32,000 nucleotides of DNA from Escherichia coli. Its GTDB lineage: Bacteria; Pseudomonadota; Gammaproteobacteria; Enterobacterales; Enterobacteriaceae. The notes beneath the pieces were generated by a model, which searched no databases, was not told where the DNA came from, and worked only from the letters and a program-made list of their open reading frames with translations. This document shows positions 19,778-31,686 of the stretch, piece after piece (positions within the stretch are counted from its first letter, which is position 1; each line of letters begins with the position of its first letter). The position numbers and the translations under genes are program-made. Location: NCBI RefSeq assembly GCF_018884465.1, contig NZ_CP035860.1; one strand, given 5' to 3'.

Positions 19778-20203
19778 ATGAATCAAATTTATGACAGTTT
19801 TCCGTTTCCTTCCCCTGAGGGTTTTACTGCAGGTATGACAATGGCGGGATTTTTTATTCACGCCACTGTCATAAATGATGAGGAGTTAAAACCCACGGGT
19901 TCTCATTATAACCCTGAGGCTAAACCCAAATATGCCATTGTTATTGCCTATCCGTATGAGGACCGAAAATTAAAAGTCCGCCGTGAGGAGCATGAGCGAT
20001 TTTCCTGTACTGAGGAGGATTTTAAATTTTTTAATTCATGTCCTGATTTGCAGGGCAAACCTGTTTATCTCACGGTGGATGTTAACTCATGGTCGACAGG
20101 CTCTGAACGTCATGGTGTCTGGTATCGTTTTATTTCCGGCTCCATGAAACGTTTTGACGGTCAGCCGCTGGGTGCACTGCCCGCAGGTAAAGAAAAAGGC
20201 TGA
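19778..20203 (+). CDS. Putative ssDNA-binding protein (copy 3)
   Basis: Identical translation. Confidence 0.45.
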   Translation: MNQIYDSFPFPSPEGFTAGMTMAGFFIHATVINDEELKPTGSHYNPEAKPKYAIVIAYPYEDRKLKVRREEHERFSCTEEDFKFFNSCPDLQGKPVYLTVDVNSWSTGSERHGVWYRFISGSMKRFDGQPLGALPAGKEKG

Positions 20204-20207
20204 TGAT

Positions 20208-20348
20208 ATGTCTGACGCTGATTTTCTGAACTTTGTTTTATTTGCTGCGCCTGCAATGATTTTATTTTCTTCAGGTTTTGGCATCGGAATAAAACTGATT
20301 CGCGCCTGTGACTCACAAAGCATTACTGTTCAGCGTTATTATGACTGA
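20208..20348 (+). CDS. 46-aa minor coat candidate (copy 3)
   Basis: Identical. Confidence 0.45.
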   Translation: MSDADFLNFVLFAAPAMILFSSGFGIGIKLIRACDSQSITVQRYYD

Positions 20349-20511
20349 ATTTGATTTCAGCGGTGTTTTATCCGCACTGAATTCTGGCGTACAGGACGGA
20401 GAGCTTTACTGGGCCGTTCTGTATGTCTGGATTGTCTGCTGGCTTCTTGGCTTTGGCCTTGGTGTTATTTTCACTCTGGTCTGCCGGATGTTCAGCGATG
20501 CTGTTAATTAA
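20341..20511 (+). CDS. 56-aa minor coat candidate (copy 3)
   Basis: Identical. Confidence 0.45.
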   Translation: MTEFDFSGVLSALNSGVQDGELYWAVLYVWIVCWLLGFGLGVIFTLVCRMFSDAVN

Positions 20512-20517
20512 TTTTAA

Positions 20518-20778
<261 letters not shown>

Positions 20779-20793
20779 TAGTTATTTAACGAC

Positions 20794-20817
20794 AGCGCCC
20801 TTCGGGGCGCTTTTTTA
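20794..20817 (+). terminator. Terminator after the major coat gene (copy 3)
   Basis: Same hairpin plus T6. Confidence 0.75.
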
Positions 20818-20820
20818 ATC

Positions 20821-22158
20821 ATGCCAGGAGTGTTTTGCTTGATTCGTTTTATTATTCCGCTTCTGTTTTTGTTCTTTTCTTCGCTTTCTTTTGCTGAGGA
20901 GAAAGAAGATCCGGATAAGCTTGTTCAGTGTTTTGGCCGTTTCGACTGCAGAACAGCTTATTCAGATGCGGGAGCATCGATTAAATTAGCCAGGGGAGCT
21001 GGTCATATTTATTGTGGTTCCGGTAGTTACGATGCGTGCTCCGGAATAATTCATTATTGCGGTAATAGGCTATCAGACTCGTCTCAAGCGCCTTCCACCG
21101 TTGGGGTTTTTGTCCATGCCCGGTGGTTCGCATATAAAGTCTGGGATTTAGAGAAGCGAGAGTGGAGTACCTGCACTCTTGAATATCAGGGTGGTGAGGG
21201 GGATTTGACACCTGAATATAATAAGCCGCCAACTGACGAGATTTGTCTTTCTCGTCCGGTTCTTGATGGTATGACTTTTCCTGGTGTTTATAAAGGTGAT
21301 GACGGGACCCGTTATGTTAATGTGCAGGGGTGTATTTATGAGGCAACCGGCAATCCTTTTATTTGTAATCCCGATGATGATACGGTTTGTACTGCCAACT
21401 GGAAACCAGTTGCTGTAGATCCTGCATTCTCCGATGATAAGGAGGATGACGGTAGCTCAGGTGGTGGCAGTTCCGGTGGTGGTAACTCAGGCGGCGGCAG
21501 CTCAGGTGGTGGCAGTTCTGGCGGTGGCAGCTCAGGTGGCGGCAGTTCCGGTGGTGGTAACTCAGGCGGCGGCAGCTCAGGTGGTGGCAGTTCTGGCGGT
21601 GGTAGCATAGGTGGTGGCAGTTCCGGTGGTGGTAACTCAGGCGGCGGCAGCTCAGGTGGTGGCAGTTCCGGTGGTGGTAACTCAGGCGGTGGCAGTTCCT
21701 CCGGCGACGGCTGGCTTGGTGATATTCTTGGCTGGTTGCAGCGTATTTGGGTTTCAGTGAATGATTTAAATAATGCTTTTTCTGTTTCTCAGGCTGATAT
21801 TACCAGTGCGGTTAGTTCTTATGATTCACAGTTAAATGAATTAATTCATTCTGTAACGCCTGAACAGGATGATATGTCTTCATTTGCTGACAGGCTTTTC
21901 AGCCTTCTTCCTGATGAGTGGCTTTATATTAATTTTGATAAATTACTTTTAACTGGTGAACTGCGTCGTTCTGGTGCTCAGCCAGTTCAGATTGAATTTC
22001 CGGGAATAAATGGGCTGTATTTTACAATTGACACATCTGATTTTGCTTCAGTTTATGATGACATTATCAGGCCTTTATTAGAGTATGCTCTTTATGCATT
22101 AACGACTTTGCGTTGTTATTTTATTGTTCGTCGTGTTCTTTTTGTTGACAGGGGGTAA
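20821..22158 (+). CDS. pIII-like adsorption protein (copy 3)
   Basis: Identical 445-aa translation. Confidence 0.8.
   Translation: MPGVFCLIRFIIPLLFLFFSSLSFAEEKEDPDKLVQCFGRFDCRTAYSDAGASIKLARGAGHIYCGSGSYDACSGIIHYCGNRLSDSSQAPSTVGVFVHARWFAYKVWDLEKREWSTCTLEYQGGEGDLTPEYNKPPTDEICLSRPVLDGMTFPGVYKGDDGTRYVNVQGCIYEATGNPFICNPDDDTVCTANWKPVAVDPAFSDDKEDDGSSGGGSSGGGNSGGGSSGGGSSGGGSSGGGSSGGGNSGGGSSGGGSSGGGSIGGGSSGGGNSGGGSSGGGSSGGGNSGGGSSSGDGWLGDILGWLQRIWVSVNDLNNAFSVSQADITSAVSSYDSQLNELIHSVTPEQDDMSSFADRLFSLLPDEWLYINFDKLLLTGELRRSGAQPVQIEFPGINGLYFTIDTSDFASVYDDIIRPLLEYALYALTTLRCYFIVRRVLFVDRG
21454..21693 (+). repeat. 16 x 15-bp Gly/Ser-coding repeat (copy 3)
   Basis: Same as the other copies. Confidence 0.95.
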
Positions 22159-22160
22159 TA

Positions 22161-23731
<1,571 letters not shown>

Positions 23732-23742
23732 AGAGTTTAACT

Positions 23743-23805
23743 CGTCAAATACTAAATCGTGGGGCCCCGCTGGCCTGCCAGTGGGTTCCGATTTAGTGAT
23801 TGACG
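23743..23805 (+). other. Gene I-gene IV intergenic long hairpin (copy 3)
   Basis: Same as copy 2 (+8329). Confidence 0.5.
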
Positions 23806-23883
23806 ACACTCAGGAAAGATACCCTTGATGAGGGTGATGGTTCACGCAGTGGGCCATCGCCCTGCTAAGCGGGTTTTTCCTGA

Positions 23884-25131
<1,248 letters not shown>

Positions 25132-25184
25132 GTGCCGACCGGGATTATCAGGACGCGGCATCTCAGTTTACCCACCACAACGTC

Positions 25185-25212
25185 AGTGCGCATAATGTAT
25201 ATTATGTTAAAT
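25185..25212 (+). other. dif: dif chromosome-dimer resolution site (attR; phage-derived first base, chromosomal core and XerD arm)
   Basis: AGTGCGCATAA-TGTATA-TTATGTTAAAT matches the E. coli dif consensus GGTGCGCATAATGTATATTATGTTAAAT at 27/28 positions. Confidence 0.9.
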
Positions 25213-25303
25213 TTAGTCCGTCGGTCATTTAGTTCATAACCGGCCACAGGATACGATTAATCATACACTTACCTACCCCTCTATCTTCTTCTTGCAGGAC
25301 GTT

Positions 25304-25834
25304 ATGTTTGTCGGTTACTTTGTTCATATCCACACCATTGATAAGGTTAAGTGCCGCGTGTTCATACTTACACAACTCAATATCAACCAACGGCAGCGTT
25401 TATGGGCACTGATGGATACTCACACGCGCCAGCCGCTTTTATATCCGTTAATATATCTTATCGACCATCTTGCTTTGCGTTCATCAGCCACGCAATCCGC
25501 TTCACTTCAAGCGCTCAAGTTTTTCTATGAATTCTGGCACCAGAAACATGGTGTGACTTTTTGCTTCAGTTTCTATTCCTCGAACCACAATCCATTGATT
25601 GCCATTGATGAACTTACAGCCTTTTTTCATTATCTGGAAAATACGCATTTATATGTACCAGCGTTAACCATAAGGTCTACTACGCAGACCACGCCTCAAC
25701 GTTGTACAAATATCAGGCATGTACATTCGGTTATCCGACCTTCTTTGTCTCCCTGTCGCGCTGGCGTGCCCGAGAATGGTTATATCGTTGCTCTTCGCAT
25801 TCCAGCCGAGCCTAAGCAATACACTGAAAATTAA
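25304..25834 (+). pseudogene. Remnant of a tyrosine recombinase/integrase (N-terminal core-binding-like segment only)
   Basis: The segment ...PLIYLIDHLALRSSATQSASLQALKFFYEFWHQKHGV...IDELTAFFHYLEN looks like the N-terminal SAM-like domain of phage-type integrases. No catalytic R..HxxR..Y region follows. The last ~65 codons look like non-coding read-through. This is a by-eye judgement only. Confidence 0.3.
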
Positions 25835-25912
25835 TCGTGAATTTCCCCGCGATAAAAAGTGGGTTAACGCTTATTATTTCTGCACTTAGCATATAGGGAA
25901 TTCAGGATATCT

Positions 25913-28900
25913 ATGTTTGGAAAGCTCCTTAACAGCGTGACCTGGCAGGTCAGAGCTGACCTCCGCCGCAAACTCAAAGCCAACCGGGATCATAAAAATC
26001 TCAGCTGGAATCTGGCGGAAAGGCTGCAGGTTTATTGCTCCACGCATTACATTCGGGCCATGCTGATACTCTGGGGAGTGGCAGCCGGCGCGGTGGCGGT
26101 GGCTCACTATGCCCGCCCTGTCTTTGATCCGTTTGCCCGTCAACATTTTAAAGGTATTACCGCCTTGCCCGGGTGGATGTCCAGCCTGCTGGGAAGCCAG
26201 GTGACCCTCATCGGTATTGTGTTCCCGCTGGTTGTCGGTCTGATCAGTGTTCTTTTTCAGAAAAAATCATCCCGGATTCATATCCAGTCTGCCTATCAGC
26301 TGAATTCCGGGTATATGTTTGCAGGATTAAGCGCCCTTTCCCTGGCGGGCTTTATTCTGATGGCGGGGATAGCGTCGTCACTCGGGGATAACTATCTCAA
26401 TACTGCGATAGCGGTTACCGCCTTTATCTGGATGCTGTTCAATATCTTTCTGTCCATCTGGTTCTTTGTCACCAGTCTCAATGTCCTAGATGATGACAAA
26501 CGGGACCGTCTGATGAAAAAATACTATCAATCACAGATGGTGAGCCAGTATATACAGCAATCCATGATAAGATCCTGGTTGCAGTATCCGGGTCATTATA
26601 TTGGCAACCAGTATCTGAAAACGATAAAAATACTGCCCTACGCAGACGCCATGAACGACGGGATGAACACGCTTACCTGCCCCGTTAAGAAAAATGAAAT
26701 CGTAAAGGATATTTACCTGAGGCCACTACTTTTCCTTCTGAGACGATTACGGCCCGTTTCGGATCAGGAGGCTGAGATTGTGATTCTACCTTCGTCCGGC
26801 AGAGAAAACGGCAACTTAACCCTTTTGTCGGCAAAAGGAGTCATTACCTCCCAGCTGTGGAACTGGCTGTACAGACGTTGTATTCCGACGGGCATACCTC
26901 GGCAAAAGAAAGATTATAATGACATCCCCTATGATTTTTTTGGTGAGGCCTATGATGCCCTGAATGATAAAAACATTGGCATTTTTAAAATGGCTGTAAA
27001 AAGACTTACGGGAACCTACACGTCTGTCAAAAGGAGCTTTTGTTATGCTGACGGTAATTTTCTGGACGAACAGGACGCCTCAGGCCTGAGCTATTCTTTA
27101 AGCCAGTCGTTTCATTTTGAGTTAAGGCAGTTTATAAGGGAAACGGTAAAATCAACTGAGACGACGGGTGCCTACTTCAGTGAAGCGATGTATGTCCCCT
27201 TACACGTCTACAGGGAATCTGACAGCACCAGTTTCACGGATTTCAGACAGTTTATACAGTCGCTCTTTAGCGTATGGCACACCCTTACTGAATGGAAAGC
27301 AGGAAACGGCGGTACCCTATCCGTCAGCCAGGAGCAGACACACCAGGATCTGATCCGCAGTTTCATCAGTCTGTGGGAAGGCTGGAGTATGGGGGACGTC
27401 ATCGGTAAACCTGACGCCGGGGATTATGCCAGCCGCCTTTTATTCCATCTGCACTACACCGTAAGACTAATTATTCCTCCGGTAGTGGCCGACAATGTGT
27501 CGTCTGCAAGACATGCGCATGATGTGCTGTGTCTATGGAATGAGAAAAGTCGCTTCTCCCGGTACTGGGAGGAAGAATTTCGATGGCACAGCTTCTTCCT
27601 CAATCCTGATTATATTAATCTGGAACCTTCGGGCCCGCAATGGACCACGATGCTCAGGGGCGGTACGTATAATGAAAAGGCAGCATCAGCCATCATTTTC
27701 AGTAATGCCTTATGCGATATGCGGCTGTTGATATCAGGGTATATCGTTGCCAACCTAGAGCCCCAGGGGAATATTGATCTCGCTGACCTGGTTAACCGTC
27801 TGGGATTGTCGTCATTATTTGAAGAAAGGGATGACAATGACGCCGCCACGCCCGCTTTCAAAACGGCCACGGATATTATCGATATAATCCTGAGAATCGA
27901 ACATTACCGGCCGCAGAACCATGACAACTGGTATGGTGCCCTGTCAGAGACCATTGAAGCCCTGACCTCGTTTAATGAGAGACCGTTAATATCCGGCAGA
28001 GTCTATTCAGGGATAAAGGATGATCTGGATTCTCTTTATGGTGCGTTTGCGCTCCTGGCCATCCGGCTCGCCAGAACGTCAGAGCCTGTAACCGAACGCG
28101 TTTCGGAGGCACTGGCCGGGGGCCTGTTTTCTTATTTTCGTAAAGAGCAGATCATTCATACACTCGAAAGACTCAAACGAGACCCGTTTGTCCCTTATCA
28201 GGGGTATATGCTGTCGGCCGCCGAATATGCCGGACAGGTTCCCTTTTTCAATGGCATATTGGACCGGTATATTGAGGCGTTTAGCCGCAGCAGGACAGCT
28301 GATATCCTGGCAGCAGAAGTGGATACGGAACGACTGAGAAAGACCGATATTCGTCTGACGGCAGAGTTGCCAGGGGCGTTGTCAGAAGACCCTCTCCTTG
28401 CACGCTTCAACTTCACTGCGGACCCGGATTTCCGGCATGACTGGCAAATGAGGTGCTATTCGGCAGGAGTGCCCAGAGAATATGTGGCCCGCCATCTGAA
28501 CACGAATTTCTACGGCGATTTTCCTGCCACGGCAGACCTGAAGGGAAGCATGCTTCACCGGCTGCATTTTATGCTGGGTAAATTACCCTCCACCCTTAAT
28601 ACACCGGTAAGCAACCTGCCGGATCTGCTGCAGGCTGTCCGGCAGCACACAGCAGATCAGCGCGATTCTGTGCTCATTATTTATGGTTCCCGGTTCAGTG
28701 ACGAATTACGGGAGCTGAGTTACCAGCCGGACAGGCATGCTGCGCTAAATCTACAGATTGATACCCCTGTCCGGGGTGTCCACGGACTGCCCGTCAGGAT
28801 CAATAACTGTCTCATTTATCAGGTTCGCCATGCCCTGCAGAATTATTCCCTGCTGGTCAACAGGGAAACCTTTGGTGAACTGAAGCTGTTCCGGTATCCG

Positions 28901-29026
28901 GATGGCACGCTTTTCAATACCTTCTATCGCAGTAGCGCCGATCCGCTTGAGGGGGAGCTTAGAACGGTGTGGGAATTTGACATGCAGGTAAAAGGCCCCT
29001 TGGCCGGCCGGTTCGACCACCTTTGA
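25913..29026 (+). CDS. Orphan 1037-aa protein: N-terminal 4-TM membrane module plus ~830-aa soluble region of unknown function
   Basis: AGGA 6 nt before the ATG. Hydrophobic segments are AMLILWGVAAGAVAVAHYA, VTLIGIVFPLVVGLISVLF, GYMFAGLSALSLAGFILMAGIASS and AIAVTAFIWMLFNIFLSIWFFVTSL. A long uninterrupted ORF followed by its own terminator. I found no P-loop, HUH, DEAD/H, HNH or PD-(D/E)xK signature by eye. Confidence 0.75.
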   Translation: MFGKLLNSVTWQVRADLRRKLKANRDHKNLSWNLAERLQVYCSTHYIRAMLILWGVAAGAVAVAHYARPVFDPFARQHFKGITALPGWMSSLLGSQVTLIGIVFPLVVGLISVLFQKKSSRIHIQSAYQLNSGYMFAGLSALSLAGFILMAGIASSLGDNYLNTAIAVTAFIWMLFNIFLSIWFFVTSLNVLDDDKRDRLMKKYYQSQMVSQYIQQSMIRSWLQYPGHYIGNQYLKTIKILPYADAMNDGMNTLTCPVKKNEIVKDIYLRPLLFLLRRLRPVSDQEAEIVILPSSGRENGNLTLLSAKGVITSQLWNWLYRRCIPTGIPRQKKDYNDIPYDFFGEAYDALNDKNIGIFKMAVKRLTGTYTSVKRSFCYADGNFLDEQDASGLSYSLSQSFHFELRQFIRETVKSTETTGAYFSEAMYVPLHVYRESDSTSFTDFRQFIQSLFSVWHTLTEWKAGNGGTLSVSQEQTHQDLIRSFISLWEGWSMGDVIGKPDAGDYASRLLFHLHYTVRLIIPPVVADNVSSARHAHDVLCLWNEKSRFSRYWEEEFRWHSFFLNPDYINLEPSGPQWTTMLRGGTYNEKAASAIIFSNALCDMRLLISGYIVANLEPQGNIDLADLVNRLGLSSLFEERDDNDAATPAFKTATDIIDIILRIEHYRPQNHDNWYGALSETIEALTSFNERPLISGRVYSGIKDDLDSLYGAFALLAIRLARTSEPVTERVSEALAGGLFSYFRKEQIIHTLERLKRDPFVPYQGYMLSAAEYAGQVPFFNGILDRYIEAFSRSRTADILAAEVDTERLRKTDIRLTAELPGALSEDPLLARFNFTADPDFRHDWQMRCYSAGVPREYVARHLNTNFYGDFPATADLKGSMLHRLHFMLGKLPSTLNTPVSNLPDLLQAVRQHTADQRDSVLIIYGSRFSDELRELSYQPDRHAALNLQIDTPVRGVHGLPVRINNCLIYQVRHALQNYSLLVNRETFGELKLFRYPDGTLFNTFYRSSADPLEGELRTVWEFDMQVKGPLAGRFDHL

Positions 29027-29038
29027 TTTCATCCTTCC

Positions 29039-29066
29039 GGCGACGCAGACAAGGCGTCGCCTTTTT
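29039..29066 (+). terminator. Rho-independent terminator of the 1037-aa gene
   Basis: GGCGACGC-agacaag-GCGTCGCC followed by T5, 13 nt after the stop codon. Confidence 0.75.
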
Positions 29067-29283
29067 ATGCTTATATGCTAATAATGAAAGTATTTACTTT
29101 AAATATTTGCAATAATCTCTTATTCACAATAGTTTTGATTCATTAGTGCTTTATCTGTACTAACTTTCTCTCCTCCTCCGCTAAGATCCGAAAAATGCCA
29201 GATCCAGAAGTGAAGTAACGCAGCGACTGAAAATAAAATAGAGAGAGTTTTCAATCCGCATGACTTTAAAAAAGACAATTTTT

Positions 29284-29319
29284 AGAAATAAGCCGGATAA
29301 AAAAATAGCTTTATCCGGC
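29284..29319 (-). terminator. corA terminator hairpin
   Basis: Minus strand GCCGGATAA-(10 nt)-TTATCCGGC followed by TTATTTCT, directly after the corA stop. Confidence 0.55.
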
Positions 29320-29326
29320 ACTCATA

Positions 29327-30277
29327 TTACAACCAGTTCTTCCGCTTAAAGTACAGATACGGTGCCAGGCCCGCGAGGATCATAAAGATAATCGCGGCAG
29401 GGTAGCCGAAGCTCCACTTCAGTTCTGGCATAAACTCAAAGTTCATGCCATAGCTGGAAGCAACGAGCGTCGGCGGCAGGAATACCACGGATACCACCGA
29501 GAAGATTTTGATGATGCGGTTCTGCTCGATGTTGATAAAACCCATTGCCGCCTGCATCAGGAAGTTCACCTTCTGGAACAGGGATTCGTTATGCGGCAGC
29601 AGGGATTCGATATCTCGCAGGATTTCACGCGCCTGCTCCAGTTGCCCACCCGGTAAACGCGCTTTACGCACCAGGAAGTTGAGCGCGCGCTGGGTATCCA
29701 TCAGACACAGGCGAACTTTCCAGCCGATATCTTCCAGTTCCGCCAGAGTGGAGAGCGCCTCGTCGTACTCATCGCCCTGATGCCCTTCCATAATCACCCG
29801 GCTCAACTGCTCCAGGTCGCTATAGATATTTTCAATTTCATCTGCCAACTGTTCGATTTTGGTTTCGAACAGATCCAGCAGCAACTCGTAGGCGTTACCG
29901 TCTACCATCGACTGGCTACGGGCACGCATACGATACAGACGAAAAGCGGGCAGTTCACGCTCACGCAGAGTAAACAGACGACCATCACGGATGGTAAATG
30001 CCACAGTGGAGTTACCGGCGTGATCTTCCGCATCTTCAAAGAAGAAGAAGGAGTGAATATGCAGGCCGTCGTCGTCTTCAAAGAAACGTGCCGATGCTTC
30101 GATGTCTTCCAGTTCCGGGCGGGTTGCCAGGCTCTGGCCAAGTTCAGATTGTAAGCGCAGTCGCTCGTCGTCGTCCGGTTCGACAAGATCAATCCATACT
30201 GCATTTACAAGGGGTTGTGACTCTTCGACTTCTAGCCGGGTCAGTCGGTTATTTTCCAGTTGAAATGCGCTCAGCAT
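29327..30277 (-). CDS. corA: Magnesium/cobalt transport protein CorA (316 aa)
   Basis: [41 protein letters not shown]...[13 protein letters not shown]...[10 protein letters not shown] is recognisable as E. coli CorA, with the GMN motif and two C-terminal TM segments. GGGAG RBS before the ATG at 30277. The ORF-track start at 30292 is 5 codons upstream. Confidence 0.95.
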   Translation of the reverse strand: MLSAFQLENNRLTRLEVEESQPLVNAVWIDLVEPDDDERLRLQSELGQSLATRPELEDIEASARFFEDDDGLHIHSFFFFEDAEDHAGNSTVAFTIRDGRLFTLRERELPAFRLYRMRARSQSMVDGNAYELLLDLFETKIEQLADEIENIYSDLEQLSRVIMEGHQGDEYDEALSTLAELEDIGWKVRLCLMDTQRALNFLVRKARLPGGQLEQAREILRDIESLLPHNESLFQKVNFLMQAAMGFINIEQNRIIKIFSVVSVVFLPPTLVASSYGMNFEFMPELKWSFGYPAAIIFMILAGLAPYLYFKRKNWL

Positions 30278-30646
30278 GACCGGGACTCCCAATGCTTAAA
30301 ATATCGGACAGTTCGGTGGGCACACAGAAACAAATTGGGTTTCAGACCATTAAACAGCCTGACTCAGCGCGACGGGAAAAATTGAGGTCGCTGACAACCG
30401 CTAAGGCTATCAGCAAAAAGGGATAGCCTTAGGAGTTGATCCTGGATGACAGGATAGTGAGCCAGTATCTACTGGGTGTGTCCAAGGCGAATGTCCTCTT
30501 AGAGTGATCGTGCGCGCATGTTACGCCAGCAAAATTTTGCCGTCAACACGCAACAGAACACCACAGAACAATAGTTGAACTTCGCGCTTTTTGGTACTCG
30601 TCAAGGTCGCTAACAGGATAAAAAAATCCCACATCCAGGACCTATA
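30278..30646. promoter_or_regulatory. Divergent corA-yigE intergenic region containing the corA promoter and long 5' leader
   Basis: A 369-bp non-coding gap between divergent genes. In enterics corA is known to have a long regulatory leader. I did not map specific elements. Confidence 0.35.
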
Positions 30647-30934
30647 ATGGCGCATCAGCTACTCATTGGTAAAGGAATGATCACCTTGAATCTCAAACGG
30701 ATTTTTCTCGCCCTCACCTTACTTCCCTTGTTTGCTGTTGCCGCTGATGATTGCGCACTCTCAGATCCGACGCTGACCGTACAGGCGTATACCGTTAATC
30801 CTCAAACAGAGCGGGTGAAAATGTACTGGCAAAAAGCCAATGGCGAAGCGTGGGGAACGTTACATGCTCTGCTGGCGGATATTAATAGTCAGGGTCAGGT
30901 GCAGATGGCGATGAACGGCGGCATCTATGATGAA
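30647..30934 (+). pseudogene. yigE: 5' fragment of yigE (DUF2233-family exported protein) truncated by IS1
   Basis: Divergent from corA as in E. coli K-12. Signal-peptide-like LKRIFLALTLLPLFAVAADD. The reading frame runs into the IS1 left end at 30935 and stops inside it. Confidence 0.55.
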
Positions 30935-30989
30935 GGTGATGCTGCCAACTTACTGATTTAGTGTATGATGGTGTTTTTGAGGTGCTCCA

Positions 30990-31265
30990 GTGGCTTCTGT
31001 TTCTATCAGCTGTCCCTCCTGTTCAGCTACTGACGGGGTGGTGCGTAACGGCAAAAGCACCGCCGGACATCAGCGCTATCTCTGCTCTCACTGCCGTAAA
31101 ACATGGCAACTGCAGTTCACTTACACCGCTTCTCAACCCGGTACGCACCAGAAAATCATTGATATGGCCATGAATGGCGTTGGATGCCGGGCAACAGCCC
31201 GCATTATGGGCGTTGGCCTCAACACGATTTTACGTCACTTAAAAAACTCAGGCCGCAGTCGGTAA
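30990..31265 (+). CDS. insA: IS1 InsA (91 aa)
   Basis: [91 protein letters not shown] matches InsA as I know it. Confidence 0.95.
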
Positions 31266-31686
31266 CCTCGCGCATACAGCCGGGCAGTGACGTCATCGTC
31301 TGCGCGGAAATGGACGAACAGTGGGGATACGTCGGGGCTAAATCGCGCCAGCGCTGGCTGTTTTACGCGTATGACAGGCTCCGGAAGACGGTTGTTGCGC
31401 ACGTATTCGGTGAACGCACTATGGCGACGCTGGGGCGTCTTATGAGCCTGCTGTCACCCTTTGACGTGGTGATATGGATGACGGATGGCTGGCCGCTGTA
31501 TGAATCCCGCCTGAAGGGAAAGCTGCACGTAATCAGCAAGCGATATACGCAGCGAATGAGCGGCATAACCTGAATCTGAGGCAGCACCTGGCACGGCTGG
31601 GACGGAAGTCGCTGTCGTTCTCAAAATCGGTGGAGCTGCATGACAAAGTCATCGGGCATTATCTGAACATAAAACACTATCAATAA
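31184..31686 (+). pseudogene. insB: IS1 insB reading frame with a 1-bp deletion truncating the C-terminus
   Basis: Canonical ...[48 protein letters not shown] is replaced by [10 protein letters not shown]. The text reads cgaatgagcgg where canonical IS1 has cgaattgagcgg (a T is missing after 31557). The remaining C-terminal codons are readable in the next frame up to TAA 31684-31686. Confidence 0.7.
31241..31247 (+). promoter_or_regulatory. IS1 programmed -1 ribosomal frameshift motif A6C
   Basis: AAAAAAC near the end of insA, where the InsAB' transposase fusion is produced in IS1. Confidence 0.8.

Noticed and set aside
25886-26146. 86-aa minus-strand ORF overlapping the start of the 1037-aa gene, and internal ORFs 26173-26391, 27168-27402, 27495-27870, 28198-28567 and 28751-29032
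   Set aside because: All are embedded in the uninterrupted 3.1-kb frame, on the opposite strand or in alternative frames. There are no independent signals.
25913-29026. Assigning the 1037-aa protein to a named defence or transport family
   Set aside because: I could not find any diagnostic motif by eye (no P-loop, HxH, DEAD, HNH, PD-D/ExK, TIR or SIR2-like pattern). Naming a family would be invention, so it is reported as an orphan.
29055-29095. Possible second dif-like site (TTATGCTTATATGCTAATAATGAAAG) that would mark the far end of a dif-inserted island
   Set aside because: It matches only about half of the XerD arm and has no XerC-arm GTGCGCA core. This AT-rich resemblance is expected by chance.
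29181-29261. 26-aa minus-strand ORF (MRIENSLYFIFSRCVTSLLDLAFFGS) and a 30-aa plus-strand ORF in the AT-rich spacer downstream of corA
   Set aside because: They are too short, lack an RBS, and one overlaps the corA terminator. Nothing supports them beyond an open frame.
29508-30279. Four ORFs of 90-124 aa on either strand within corA
   Set aside because: They overlap the confidently identified corA frame and are shadow ORFs.
30961-31587. ORFs 30961-31173 (plus strand) and 31363-31587 (minus strand) inside IS1
   Set aside because: They are not known IS1 products, and they overlap the insA and insB frames.
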